Shown piece by piece: positions 1 to 12,261 of a stretch of 64,000 nucleotides of DNA. The notes under the pieces were generated by a model. That model searched no databases, was not told where the DNA came from, and saw only the letters and a program-made list of their open reading frames with translations. The position numbers and the translations under genes were made by a program. Every line of letters begins with the position of its first letter. Position 1 is the first letter of the stretch. Source of the stretch: Octopus sinensis (lineage: Eukaryota); contig NC_043002.1 of NCBI RefSeq assembly GCF_006345805.1, forward strand, positions 21,080,001 to 21,144,000, in the 5' to 3' direction.

Positions 1-1020
1 AACACACCCATTAACTCTGAGGTCATGTGGATTATGTTATGAATCATCATTAGTAAAGGGGGTGAGGTGGCAGAATTGTTAGCACACCAGGTGAAATGCT
101 TAGTGGTATTTCGTCTGTCCTTATGTTCTGAGTTCAAATACTACCAGGGTTGACTTTGCATTTCATCTTTTTGGGGATTGATGTAATTGACTGGCCCCTT
201 TCCCACCAACTTTTAGGCCTTGTGCCTAGAGTAGAAAGTATTATTATTATTATTGTTAGTTTTAATGTCCATATTATTTCTGAGTTCAGATCCCATGAAG
301 ATCAAATGAATTTTTATCCTTCCAGAGTCAATAACCTAAGAAATAGTCAAGAACTGGAGTTTACTGGAATTGAATTGTTGGCTGAAATTGCTTCCTGCTA
401 CCTCTACTACTATGATAATTGATAATAATAATAATAATAATAATATTAATAATAATATCAACAACAACAACAAATGCCCTGATGCTGTACCAGACAGTGG
501 CTCTTGTGGCTTCTGATCTTGACTGATTGGAAGTGTTAACATGTACATTAATTTGTCTTGGTATAAAAGATAGACTACAGCAAATATTCTGCTCAATACA
601 ATTATTTGACCATAACCAGCTGAGCGTATCCCTTGGTGGCTGATATGTGCATCTCCAATCATGAGCAGAAGTAGTGGGGGAACATCATAGCTCTGTGTTG
701 AGAGGAATTCTTTGGGGTTTAGATAATTCACCTCTGGAAATATGGGTGTTTTGTTCATCATCCTTAAACAAACCTTGTCCAGGGATCTTTTGAGAGGGAT
801 GGACCACTTGATCTGATAAAAATTCTAACTGGGCCCCACTTGCAAGGTCATGTGCTGTTTATCTTGATATGAGATCACCATGTCATGCACATATTGTTGT
901 GATGCATGTGCCTGGTGTACCCTTATCAGACGGGTAGTAATGATGGGTATACTGGGCTTTATATATTTTACCCCAGTGTCACTTTGATGGTGTGCACTGC
1001 TCTCTCCCTCAGTTATAATG

Positions 1021-1097
<77 letters not shown>

Positions 1098-1873
1098 GTA
1101 ATAATAGTAAGGTTTTATATTTTGGCATAAGGCCAGCAATTTCACAGGAAGGGTAAGTTGATTACTTTGACCCCAAAGTTCAACTGGTACTTATTTTATC
1201 ATCCCTAAAAAGGATGAAAAGGCAAAGTCGACCCTGGTGGAATTTGAACTCAGAATTTAAAGACAGATGAAATGCAGCTAAGCATTTTGTCCAGTGCGCT
1301 AATGATTCTGCCAGCTCACTATCTTAGATGTTAAAAGGATGATGATGATCATGTTTCAAATTGTGCCTACTCAGGAACCAACCTCAGAAGAATGAAAAGC
1401 AAAATGAACATCTTAGCAGAATTTGAACTTGGAACGTTAAGCAATACATGAATTAACAGCTATAATATTAATTAATTATGGCTGAATGTTTAATAAGTTC
1501 ACTTTGCGATCATGTGGTTTCAGGTTCAGTCCCACTCAGTGGCACCTCTGGCAAGTGTTTTCTGCTAAATCCCAGGACTGACCGATGCTTTGTGAGTGGA
1601 TTTGGTAGACAGATACGGAGTGGAAACTAATTACATATATATGTATATGTGAGAGTGTATGCATTTTGGGTTTAAGTTTGTCTCTCCCACCACTGCTTGA
1701 TAACTGGTCTTGGTTTGTTTACATCCCCATAACTTAGTAATTTGGCAGAGGCCGATAGAATCAGAGCCATATTAAAAAAATTAAGCACTGGGGTCAATTT
1801 GTTTGACTAAACCATTAAAGGCAGTGTCCCAGCATGGCCACAGTCCAATGACTGAAAAGATACTAATTGATTA

Positions 1874-2290
1874 GGTGCAGGAGTGGCTGTGTGGTAAGTA
1901 GCTTGCTTACCAACCACATCGTTCCGGGTTCAGTCCCACTGTGTGGCCCCTTGGGCAAGTGTCTTCTTCTATAGCCTCAGGCTGACCAAAGCCTTGTGAG
2001 TGGATTTGGTAGACGGAGACTGAAAGAAGCCCGTCATATATATGTATATGTATATATATATGTGTGTGTGTGTGTGTCTGTGTTTGCCCCCGCCCCAACA
2101 TTGCTTGACAGCTGATGCTGGTGTGTTTACATTCCTGTAACTTAGCAGTTCAGCAAAAGAGACCGATAGATTAAGTACTAGGCTTACAAAAAATAAGTCC
2201 TGGGGTTGATTTGCTTGACTAAAGGCGGTGCTCCAGCATGGCGACAGTCAAATGACTGAAACAGGTAAAAGAGTAAAAGAGTAAAAGAGA
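1874..2290 (+). mobile_element. SINE family A (tRNA-like head, CORE-like block, internal TA/TG microsatellite, (GAGTAAAA)n tail)
   Basis: ggtgcaggagtggctgtgtggtaag...gggttcagtccc...ttgggcaagtgtcttct...actgaaac..gtaaaagagtaaaagag. More than 20 related copies in the window, e.g. 1480-1860, 4843-5185, 10311-10710, 21181-21587, 31570-31960, 34225-34630, 43850-44080, 50414-50830. Confidence 0.9.
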
Positions 2291-2821
2291 GAATGACATA
2301 CCTATGTATATAAACACATGAGCGAGTGGACAAACAAAAGAGGCAACACATTTAATAGGAATTATACTGATTATAATTTAAAACAGTTTGGTCCAGCCCC
2401 ATGCCAAATCAAACTGAAATATTTTAAGTAATGATATATATATTATATAGACAGATATAGATATGATGGATTTACACTCTGCTTCCATTTACCAAATTCA
2501 TTCACGAGGTGCTAGTTAGTCTGGGACTATAGTTGTAGACTCTTGCCCAAGGTGCTGCACTGTTGGAATTGAACCTAAAACCACATGGTTGCAAAGCCAG
2601 TTTCTTAACCATATAGCCATGCTTGCACTTGTATTCTTATTAAATTTTTTAATGATTTTATTCTTTATTTTTATTTACCAGAAAACAAACCAAAACCAAC
2701 CCAAAACTACATAAAAAATATGGGTTGCCACCAGAAACTGATTCTACTACTCTTACCATTCTTGTCTCTGTTAATGTCATTCATTTGATTCAAAGAAGAC
2801 AAGAAGAATAGTGATGCAAAC

Positions 2822-3449
2822 ATGGAGGAAAATGGTGACACAGTTTCAGTTGATTCTGCTTCAGCTTCCAAAAATCCTTCCCTAACAGAGTGGCATGACA
2901 TGGATTTATATGACAGCATCCCTGCTCGTTATCAAGAATGTAACGCTCTTTGTGATGCCGCTCTTTCTAATTCCTGTGAAGATCCTGGTTCACTGGCTTT
3001 AGCAGGCTTTTCTGATAATGATAACATTGATTCACAGCCTTCAGAATGTTTCACCAGTGTTCAGACTGAATATGAAACAGCCGATCAGGAGGAAGAAGGC
3101 ATTTATGCAGTACCAATTCTCTGTGACAGACAACTATACACATCACCTCCTCTGAAACATAGCCAAAGTGAAAGCGCTTGTCTGAATACTACAGGTGTGC
3201 AGAACACAAATTCAGATTACGATTACGATGGCAAAGGTTTTTACAATACTTCTGGAGAAGCATTAAGTTTACAGCCACTGTTGGATAATGATGTTGTTAG
3301 TATTCAGACAGAGAATTTGTACGAAACTTTGAGCATAAAAAGTAAACAGCCTTCTAGCCTAACTCCAGAGAAACAGAATGGAAATTTACGGAGAAGGATT
3401 TTTAGGAGAAGGAAGCAGAATAAGAAATGGAATATTTTCAGACGATCAG
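2822..3449 (+). CDS. Coding part of a large exon (exon 2682-3449) of an unidentified gene; acidic, probably disordered region with several Tyr motifs and a basic cluster, suggesting a signalling adaptor or scaffold
   Basis: 209 open codons of non-repetitive sequence. ATG in strong context (gcaaacATGg). Polypyrimidine acceptor ttatttttatttaccAG ends at 2681; donor CAG|GTGAGT at 3449/3450 (phase 1). Motifs LYDSI, EYETA, IYAVP, LYTSP, FYNTS, LYETL and RRRIFRRRKQNKK. Confidence 0.8.
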
Positions 3450-3899
3450 GTGAGTGGTTTGATTTTATTGTTTTTTTAATGATGGTATAATGATAACGAA
3501 TACTAATATTCTTTTTCTTCTTCACAATTCCACTGAGGTCAACTTTGCCTTTCATCCTTTCAGGGCTGATAAAATAAGTACCTGTCAAGCACTGGAGTCA
3601 ATGTAATCAACTTGCCCCACTCTCCTGAACTTCTTGGCCTTGTGCTAAAATTTGAAACTAATATTCTTCTTCTTAAAGACGGTGCGCTGGCAGAAATGTT
3701 AGCAAGTTGGGCGAAATGCTTAGCAGTATTTTGTCTGTCTTTACTTTGTGAGTTCAAATTCCGCTGAGGTCAACTTTGCCTTTTATCCTTTCAGGGTCAA
3801 TAAATCAAGTACCAGTTGCATACTGGGGACAGTCTAATTGACTGTCCCCTTCCCCCAAAATGTTGGGCCTTGTGCCTACAGTAGAAAAGAATATTCCTC

Positions 3900-4240
3900 T
3901 TCTTAATTCCTTTGATTCCTTGTAGAGCATAGAACACAGCTAAGACATCTCTATTCACTTTGCTCTTTGGCAATGGATTACAGTTCTCCTAACATTACAG
4001 CTGCCTAACATTACTTCAGTTTCTATAGACCTTCTCAATGTTGTTTTTGGTTTGCCATGCTTCTATCTCTCTTGGGTTGTCTATCAGAAGGTTTGCTTCA
4101 TAATTTTGGAAATAGGTTACTGAGGTCTGTCTCAGCTGACCCTATTTCATCCTCTTGATCTGGGTTTTCATAGGTTGCAGATTGACCTATTCCTTCAAGG
4201 CTTTGAGTGTCTTGCCATCTCACCTGAGGGTTGTTCCAGA
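3900..4240 (-). mobile_element. RTE-clade LINE 3' end fragment
   Basis: Minus-strand remnants QPMKTQIKRMK and IMKQTF..TTQER.KHGKPKTTLRRSIETEV resemble the RTE terminal W....KRKRGRPKTT motif. Confidence 0.55.
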
Positions 4241-4321
4241 GATGTCTATATAATGGTAATATAATAAGAAAATATTGGTAATATAATGTAAATATAATAA
4301 TAATAATAGTATAATGATTCT

Positions 4322-4357
<36 letters not shown>

Positions 4358-5751
4358 TAATGCTAATATAATTGTAATATGATGATAATATAATGGCAAT
4401 AATGGGAATATAATGGGAATATGTTGACATAATGGTGATATAGGAACTTTGGGACAAAGGGCTGAGAAAGGATTTACAAATGCTGGGACTCACAGAGAGA
4501 ATGACAGGAGACCGAAATTCCTGGAGGTTTGCTGTGCTTGAAAGGACATGTCAAGCAAAGTAAAAATTTGGTTGCCCTTGCATACAGGCTCATCCCTTGC
4601 AACCCTCTCCAGCTGAGAATCCCTAATCTTGCGGGATTGTAAGTACTGGTGCCACGCAAAAATCACCCTTACCTGTGCTGTGTAAAAGCATCCAGTACAC
4701 TCTGTAAAGTGGTTGGCATTAGGAAGGGCATCCAGCCGTAGAAACCATGCCAAAACAGACATGGAGCCCGAACAGCCCTTCAGTTGGTCAGCTCCTGTAA
4801 AACCATCCAACCCATGCCAGCATGGAAAATGGACTCCTTTACTCTTTTACTCTCTTACTTGTTTCAGTCATTTGACTGTGGCCATGCTGGAGCACTGCCT
4901 TTTAGTCGAGCAAATCAACTCCAGGACTTAATCTTTATAAGCCTAGTACTTATTCTATTGGTCTCTTTTGCTGAACATAAACACACCTGCATCGGTTGTC
5001 AAGCGATGTTGGGGTGATAAACACAGACACACAAACACACACACACACACACACGCACATATATGATAGGCTTCTTTCAGATTCACAAGGCTTTGGTCGG
5101 CCTGCCCAAGGTGCCACGCAGTAGGATTGAACCCGGAACCATGTGGTTGGTAAGCAAGCTACTTACCACAGAGCCACTCCTGTCCATTTCCATTTCAGGA
5201 TTACCTCTTTTTATCAGCTGAGCAAACTGGGGCATTGCGAAATGAAGTGTTTTACCCAAGAACACAACATATTGCCTAGTCCAGAAATCGAAACCACAAT
5301 CTTATGATAATGAGTCCAATATCTTTACCACTAAGCTATGTGTCTCCACAATGTACTCCATAACCTAAGTAAAAGTAAATAGTAAGGTCATGGGTGGAAT
5401 ACTTTTAATTGTAGGTTTGCCTGACTTGGGTTTACCCAGAATCAAACAACAACGAAAGCAACAGTGACAAGAAATTATCAAATGCATTTGTAACTTAAAA
5501 TTCATTGACCTCAAACAAAACTAAGAAATGAAGAATAAATATTAAGCAAGAAAACCAGTTAAAACCAGTTTAATTTTTCCATTTTCTTTGCCAACTATTT
5601 CTTATATATTTGTTTGTTTATTCTATTTTTGTTTGTATTTTAGAACTCATTGAATATTTATCTGTCTCCCCATTCATCCCTGTCATGGTCCTATTTCTTT
5701 GTCCCTTTGCTGCTCCCCTCACTATATATATATATGTATATATATATACAC

Positions 5752-5789
<38 letters not shown>

Positions 5790-6022
5790 TATTATAAAAT
5801 AATAATAAAGAACTATTACTACCCATGTATTTTAATTTAACTTAAAAAAAGAAATGAACGAACTAGTGAGTTTAGTTTAATGGCCTACCAATGAGTTTCT
5901 TTGCCCTAGGAGTCGGGAAGACACTTGGTAAGAAATGGAAGCAAATTTGAAAGAAGAAAAAAAAAAGATAATAATAATAATAATAATAATAATAATTGAT
6001 AATAATAATGATAATAATAATG

Positions 6023-6070
<48 letters not shown>

Positions 6071-6159
6071 TAAAAATAAAAATAATAAAAATAAGGAGTA
6101 TAAGTCCAAACTTACAGGGAAAAATTCAATTTAGTATTAAATCAAATTTCACAATATAA

Positions 6160-6487
6160 ATATATAAAATATATAGATTTGAGAAAAACCACTATTATGC
6201 AATTCAAACAATGATAGACATAAACCTAATCATAAATAAAAAATAAAATATATTTTAAAACAAATAACTAGATGACAAAAAGTACAAAGATGAATAAACA
6301 AAATATAAGTAAAATATTATAAGTAATAAAATAAAATATATTTTGTTTATTCATCTTTGTACTTTTTGTGATCTAGTTATTTGTTTTAAAATATATTTTA
6401 TCTTTTATTTATGATTTGGTTTATGTCTATCATTGTTTGAATTGCATAATAGTGGTTTTTCTCTCTAATTTATATATTTTATATATA
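6160..6487. repeat. Long inverted repeat (about 150-bp arms, short AT spacer)
   Basis: gagaaaaaccactattatgcaattcaaacaatgatagac...gaataaacaaaatat mirrored by atattttgtttattc...gtctatcattgtttgaattgcataatagtggtttttctc. Confidence 0.9.
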
Positions 6488-6808
6488 TAGATACACACAC
6501 ATGTATGAAGGGCTTGTTTCAGCCAAATCCACTCACAAGTCTTTGGTTGGCCCAAAACTATTGTAGAAGACACTTGCCCAAGGTGCCATGCAGTGGGACT
6601 GAACCTAGAACCATGTGGTTGGGAAGTAAGCTTCTTACCACACAGTTGTGCCTGTTCTCTCGATTCTTTTCCTCTCATCCCTTTCTTTTGAAGAGCATAA
6701 ACTCAAAACAACAAAAACTTTTCCATTCTTTCTGAGCACCAAACTAATACACCTGCTTATTGTCCCCTCGCTGTCTTTGTCTCTTGTTTTCTGTAAAGTT
6801 GAACCATA

Positions 6809-7216
6809 TATTGGGTCATCCCATAAATAATCCAGGTTTTTTATACTTCTTTTATTTTTCAAAATCAAGATAAACAAAGTTCTTTTTTAATCTAAAATAT
6901 AATTTCCTTCATTTTCTACAATGCTCTTCCATCTATTTGGTAGACTTGCAAGGCTCCTCTTCCAAAATTCCCTTGTCCATAATGGAAAATATTCCTCCAG
7001 TACTGTTCTGACCTTGCCTACAGAATTCATATTTTTACCATCCAAATGATTTTGAAGACTGCAGAATAAATGATAATCAGATGGGGCAATGTCCAACGAA
7101 TATGGTTGGTGGGGCATCGTTTCCCATTCAAACTGCTCCAACCTTTGGAATGTCATCCCCACTGTAGGTGGCCGAGCATTATCCTGATGGAAGAACACCT
7201 TTCGTTTTGAAGCCAT
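6809..7216 (-). mobile_element. Mariner transposon 3' half (transposase C-terminus plus one TIR)
   Basis: FHQDNARP...PHQPYSLDIAPSDYHLF...LPNRWKSIVENEGNY*; TIR-like end TA-ttgggtcatcccataaataatccaggtttt. Confidence 0.85.
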
Positions 7217-7388
7217 AATTATAATTATAATTAGAGTTCAGCTAATTGCTTCACCACATACCAAATTTAGAAATAGAAGATAAAAATTCTTTTTCTTCTA
7301 CAGAAAAGGAATTTTTAACTCCTGTTTCTAAATTCGGTATGTGGTGAAGCAATTAGCTGAACACTAATTATAATTATGTTATAATTAT
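7215..7388. repeat. Near-perfect hairpin
   Basis: ttcagctaattgcttcaccacatacc..atttagaaa mirrored by tttctaaatt.ggtatgtggtgaagcaattagctgaa. Confidence 0.9.
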
Positions 7389-7486
7389 TGCCCTCTAATT
7401 ATAATAAGATATTTGTATAATTTTACCTATAAAGGTTATTTTAATGTAGCGATCTACTTGGTAAAATTATTAATTAATTGATTGAT

Positions 7487-7632
7487 TAATTAATTAATTT
7501 AATTGATAAATTTGACCCTTTATAATATATATATATATCTGTACTCATATATGCGTGTATATATGAGTACAGATATATATATATGTATATATATTATAAA
7601 GGGTCAAATTTATCAATTAAATTAATTAATTA
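7487..7632. repeat. Near-perfect palindrome
   Basis: aattgataaatttgaccctttataat...ctgtactcatatat gcgtgt atatatgagtacag...attataaagggtcaaatttatcaatt. Confidence 0.9.
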
Positions 7633-8180
7633 AACCCCCTTTGCTTGTGAAGACATGTTGGGGCAAGCGAAATCGAAATCGAATTGAACCAGCCAGGATC
7701 CCTGGTCTGGTGGTACGTAAAAAGCACTATCCGACTCGTGGCCGTGGCACGTAAAATACTCCAATGCGACCGTACGGCAGGCACCCATGCCAACCCCCTT
7801 TGCTTGTGAAGACATGTTGGGGCAAGCGAAATCGAAATCAAATTGAACCAGCCAGGATCCCTGGTCTGGTGGTACGTAAAAAGCACTATCCGACTCGTGG
7901 CCGATGCCAGCACCGCCTCGACTGGCTTCCGTGCCGCATAAAATCCACCATCTGACCGTGGCCGTTGCCAGCCCCGCCTGGCACCTGTGCAGGTGGCACG
8001 TAAAAAGCACCCACTACACTCACGTAGTGGTTGGCGTTAGGAAGGGCATCCAGCTGTAGAAACATTGCCAGATTAGACGAGCCTGGTGCAGCCTTCTGGC
8101 TTCCCAGAACCCCGGTCGAACCGTCCAACCCATGCTAGCATGGAGAACGGACGTTAAACGATGATGATGATGATGATGAT
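7633..8180 (+). mobile_element. SINE-like family C ((GAT)n tail, internal tandem modules), young copy
   Basis: gtggttggcgttaggaagggcatccagctgtagaaac...ccatgctagcatgga..acggacgttaaacgatgatgat. Other copies at about 4590-4830, 13320-13540, 15755-16075, 20660-20970, 23600-24155, 26898-27190, 28475-29080, 30865-31230, 47323-47700, 63095-63210. RTE-dependence is inferred from the tail. Confidence 0.8.
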
Positions 8181-8241
8181 ATACATGTAGAGGTAGGTGC
8201 GTACATATATGTATATATATATGCATATGTTTTATTTATTA

Positions 8242-8276
<35 letters not shown>

Positions 8277-8537
8277 CATACACACATATCTATAAATATA
8301 CACACACATAAATATGTATAGACTCATATATTTAAATATAGATCTCTGTCTGTCCATGGCATTCATAAACATTCTTCTAACCTGTAGCTGTCGGGTTTAT
8401 TGTTTTAAATTTCCAGGTAATTTAATAAGTTTCTTTTTTTTTTTGCTAATACCTGTGCCAACAGCAATTTACTGACCGATTTATATGTCAAATATAACAA
8501 AGACATAAAAAGAGACACGAAGGAGTGGAAGCTAAAA

Positions 8538-8569
<32 letters not shown>

Positions 8570-8779
8570 AAAGAAGGAAATGAATCAGAAATAAGAGCTA
8601 TTTAAATATATATAAGTTGGGACAGTTTCAACAGACGTTATGAAAGTTTCACACATTAACTTGAAGCGAAAACTGTTTGTAACGAGGTGTTAGTTTGTAT
8701 TGTTGTCCTCGTTTAACTGCAGGTCAGCCGTGTTTAAATAGATATCTTATTGGTCAAAGGTGTCATCTTCTCTTTTCTT

Positions 8780-9140
8780 TCCTTTCCTCTTACTTTCTCG
8801 TCTTCGTCTTCTTCTTCTTTTCTTCTTCTTCTTCTTTTCTTCTTCTTCTTCTTCTACTTCTTCTCCTTCTCCTCCTCCTCCTCCCTCATCTTCTTCTTCT
8901 TCTTCTTCTTCTTCTTCTTTTCTTCTTCTTCTTTTTCTTCTTCTTCTTCTTCTTCTTCTCTTCTTCTTCTTTTTCTTCTTCTCCTCCTCCTTCCCCTCCC
9001 TTTTCTTCTTCTTCTCCTCCTTCCCCTCCCTGTTCTTCTTCTTTTTCTTCTCCTCCTCCTCCTCCTCCTCCTCCTCCTTCTTCTCCTTCTTCTTTTCCTT
9101 CTTCCTCCTCTTTCTCCTTCCTCATCACATCTCTCCTTCT
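8780..9140. repeat. Polypyrimidine (TTC/TCC)n tract
   Basis: Direct reading. Confidence 0.95.
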
Positions 9141-9450
9141 TCCCACCTTTCTTTGCCCCTCTCCCCCACCATTGTTTTAATGTCCACTTTTCCATGCTTA
9201 CATACTTCAGACGAAATTTGTGGAGGCAGATATTTTCTATGACCCTTCCTCCAACCACCCCTCACTTGTTTCCCAGCAAGTAAATATTTTCCAAAGGCGA
9301 GGCATGTATTTCAAAGAAAGTTAGAAATGAACAACACTGCATGTATGAGGGTGATGCTTGTTTACAGTTATTATATATGATATCAAAACAAAGTGATACA
9401 AACACATACACACCCACACATACAGACATGCAGGCATACATGTATGTATG

Positions 9451-10095
9451 TCATTATTCAGTTTATTTCAAGATTTCTTGATAGGCGTAGGAGTGGCTGT
9501 GTGGTAAGTAGCTTGCTTACCAACCACATGGTTCCGGGTTCAGTCCCGCTGCATGGCACCTTGAGCAAGTGTCTTCTACTATAGCCTCGGGCCGACCAAA
9601 GCCTTGTGAGTTGATTTGGTATACGGAAACTGAAAGAAGCCCGTCGTATATATGTATTTATATATATATATATGTATGTGTGTATACATTTGTGTGTCTG
9701 TGTTTGTCCCCCCCCCCAACATCACTTGACAACTGATGTTGGTGTATTTACATTCCCGTAACTTAGCAGTTCGGCAAAAGAGACCAATAGAATAAGTACT
9801 AGGCTTACAAAGAATAAGTCCTGGGGTCAATTTGCTCGACTAAAGGTGGTGCCACAGTCAAATGACTGAAACAAGTAAAAGAGTAAAAGAGTAAAGAGTA
9901 TAGAGAAAGAACTGGTTTCTAACCTAGATCCAAGGTTCCTTCATTGGAATTTCAACATCATCAACAGGGGTATTTTTGTATGTATGTATATGCAGATTTG
10001 TATGTTTTATGTATGTATTCTCATGCACATAGCTGAATGTCTGGACGTGTTCATATATATTTAAATGATAAACTGGAAAGTTTTACAGATTTTTA
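9451..10095 (-). mobile_element. Second copy of the R4-like 3' end, interrupted by a SINE at 9484-9899
   Basis: Reverse complement matches 16710-16945; the SINE splits the sequence at cttg-ATA-gagaaag. Confidence 0.8.
9484..9899 (+). mobile_element. SINE family A, full length, ATA target duplication
   Basis: Full consensus; ATA at 9481-9483 and 9900-9902. Confidence 0.9.
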
Positions 10096-10985
10096 TTTAT
10101 GTATGTTTGTATGTGTGTATTCATATTTGCTGCCAAAATAAAAGGGTCAACACACATTGCATACCTTGGTATTCTTTCTGAACCAAATTGAAAATTTTAA
10201 GTTTTTAATTTTTTAGTTCACCTGAAAAAAATGTTTTTTCATGATGTACTCAGTCTATTTATCAATAAAAAAAATCACATCTCAAAACAGCTGTGGTGAA
10301 CCTTAACTCAGAAGTGGCTGTGGTAAGAAGCTTGCTTACCAACCACATGGTTCTGGGTTCAGTCTCTCCATGTGCCACTTTGGGCAAGTGTCTTCTACTA
10401 CAGCCTTGGGCTGGCCAAGGCTTTGTGGGTGGATTTGGTAGATGGAAACTCACAGAAGCCTGTTGTCTCTATATATAGATATATATATATATAATGTATG
10501 TGTTATGTATGTATTTGTGTGAGTGTGTATATATATGTATGTATGTACACCATCGCTTGACAACCAATGTTGGTGTGTTTATGTAACTTAGCAATTTGAA
10601 TAGGCACTAGGCTTACAAAGAATAAGTCCTTGAGTCGATTTGTTTGACTAAAGGTGGTGCTCCAGCATCGCCACAGTCAAATGACTGAAACAAGTAAAAG
10701 AATAAAAGAATATATATATATATGTGTTACATTTATATATTTGTTTTGCAAGATTCTTGATGTGAAATTGTGTGTTGAATTGTGTGTTATATTTAGGAAT
10801 GGTCATGTTGCCAGTTTAGTCAATAAAAACACACGCACTATACATTTGGTATTAATTTACTTCAGCTTTATTTATTTTTTACATTAATCTTAATCTTATT
10901 TCAGCCAGAGTTCTTTCGTCACACTTCTGTGACCTCATCAGTGGTCCTTTGCTTTTTCTTTCTTATTTGTGTGTCTCTCCTTACT

Positions 10986-11018
<33 letters not shown>

Positions 11019-11911
11019 TATATATATACATATATATATATACATATACACACACACATACATGCATACACACATATACACCCCACCCCCCACACATACA
11101 TATTTATATGGAGGCTAGTGAGTTTCCAACTTGATGAAAATCTTACATGTCAGCAAAATCTCTTTTTATTCTCATCAAAAATCATCATTTACTTGAAGAA
11201 CGGCCGTTTCCAAAGACAAGTCAGATGCCTCTATCTATCTTTATTCTTTATTTTCTTTAACCTATCATAATTCTTCATACCAATCTGCTTATACAGAATT
11301 CAGATTCCCATGTTGTTTTCTTCTGTTTATTTTTGTATTTCTTTTGTTTGTTTTGTTTTGTTTTTAAAAAAAGAAAATGAAATACAGAAATAAACAGAAG
11401 AAACTTGATTAAATTGCAGAAATCCTGAATATTTATTGCCATTCTCACCACCGCCGCCGCCGCCACCACCACACCCCCACCATTGCCATACCCACCACCA
11501 TGAACACCAACAACAACATCAACAACAGCACCGCTACCATTACTACCACCACCATCACCCCCACTAAAAGCAACAGCATCAACAACGCTACCACCACCAC
11601 CACCACACCATCCAACCTACACTTCGATCTGTCCACATGTTCTGGTATATTTCAAACAATAAAACTTTAAATATCCTAAAAAAGGCCTGTATTGGTTGAG
11701 ATGAACTGGAATGCTGTTGTTATCATCTCACCCCATCTGCACATCTGTTGAATATCCAAAATCTTTGCTAAACCTAATTTTTGAATATGCTGAAGTCTTG
11801 AATTTTGGCCCCTGCTAAAAGAATGAGAAAATCTAAGCAGAATCTACATATTTGGACAAATAAAGATAACACTAATTCTTTTCTAACATAATGATAATTT
11901 CTTTTATACAT

Positions 11912-11942
<31 letters not shown>

Positions 11943-12176
11943 ACAACAACAACAATAATAATCCTTTCTATTAAAGGCACAAGGCCTGAAATGTTTTTGG
12001 GGTGGGGTGTAATTGATTACATCAACCCCAGTGTTTCATTGGTACTTAATTTATCAACCCTGAAAGGACGAAAGTTAAAGTTGACCTTGGCAGAATTTGA
12101 ACTCAGAACATAGCGATGGACGAAATGCTGCTAAGCATTTTGCCCAGCATGCTAACTATTCAGCCAGCTCACCACC

Positions 12177-12213
<37 letters not shown>

Positions 12214-12261
12214 GAATAATGATGATGATAATGATAATGATGATGATAATGATAATAATGA

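Noticed and set aside
476-1015. 540-bp complex segment between AAT/AAC arrays, probably an interspersed repeat
   Set aside because: Single copy in this window and no diagnostic motif; needs a library search.
1874-1950. tRNA genes at SINE heads (also 18625-18715 and 32900-32975)
   Set aside because: A/B boxes are present, but no complete cloverleaf with a paired acceptor stem was seen, and each continues into a repeat body.
4098-4493. 131-aa minus ORF
   Set aside because: Chimera of an ATT microsatellite and an off-frame RTE remnant.
8695-9283. Long ORFs of poly-Leu/Ser/Phe/Glu (also 14474-14940)
   Set aside because: Translations of TTC/TCC and GAA/GAG repeats, open in several frames; no splice or composition evidence.
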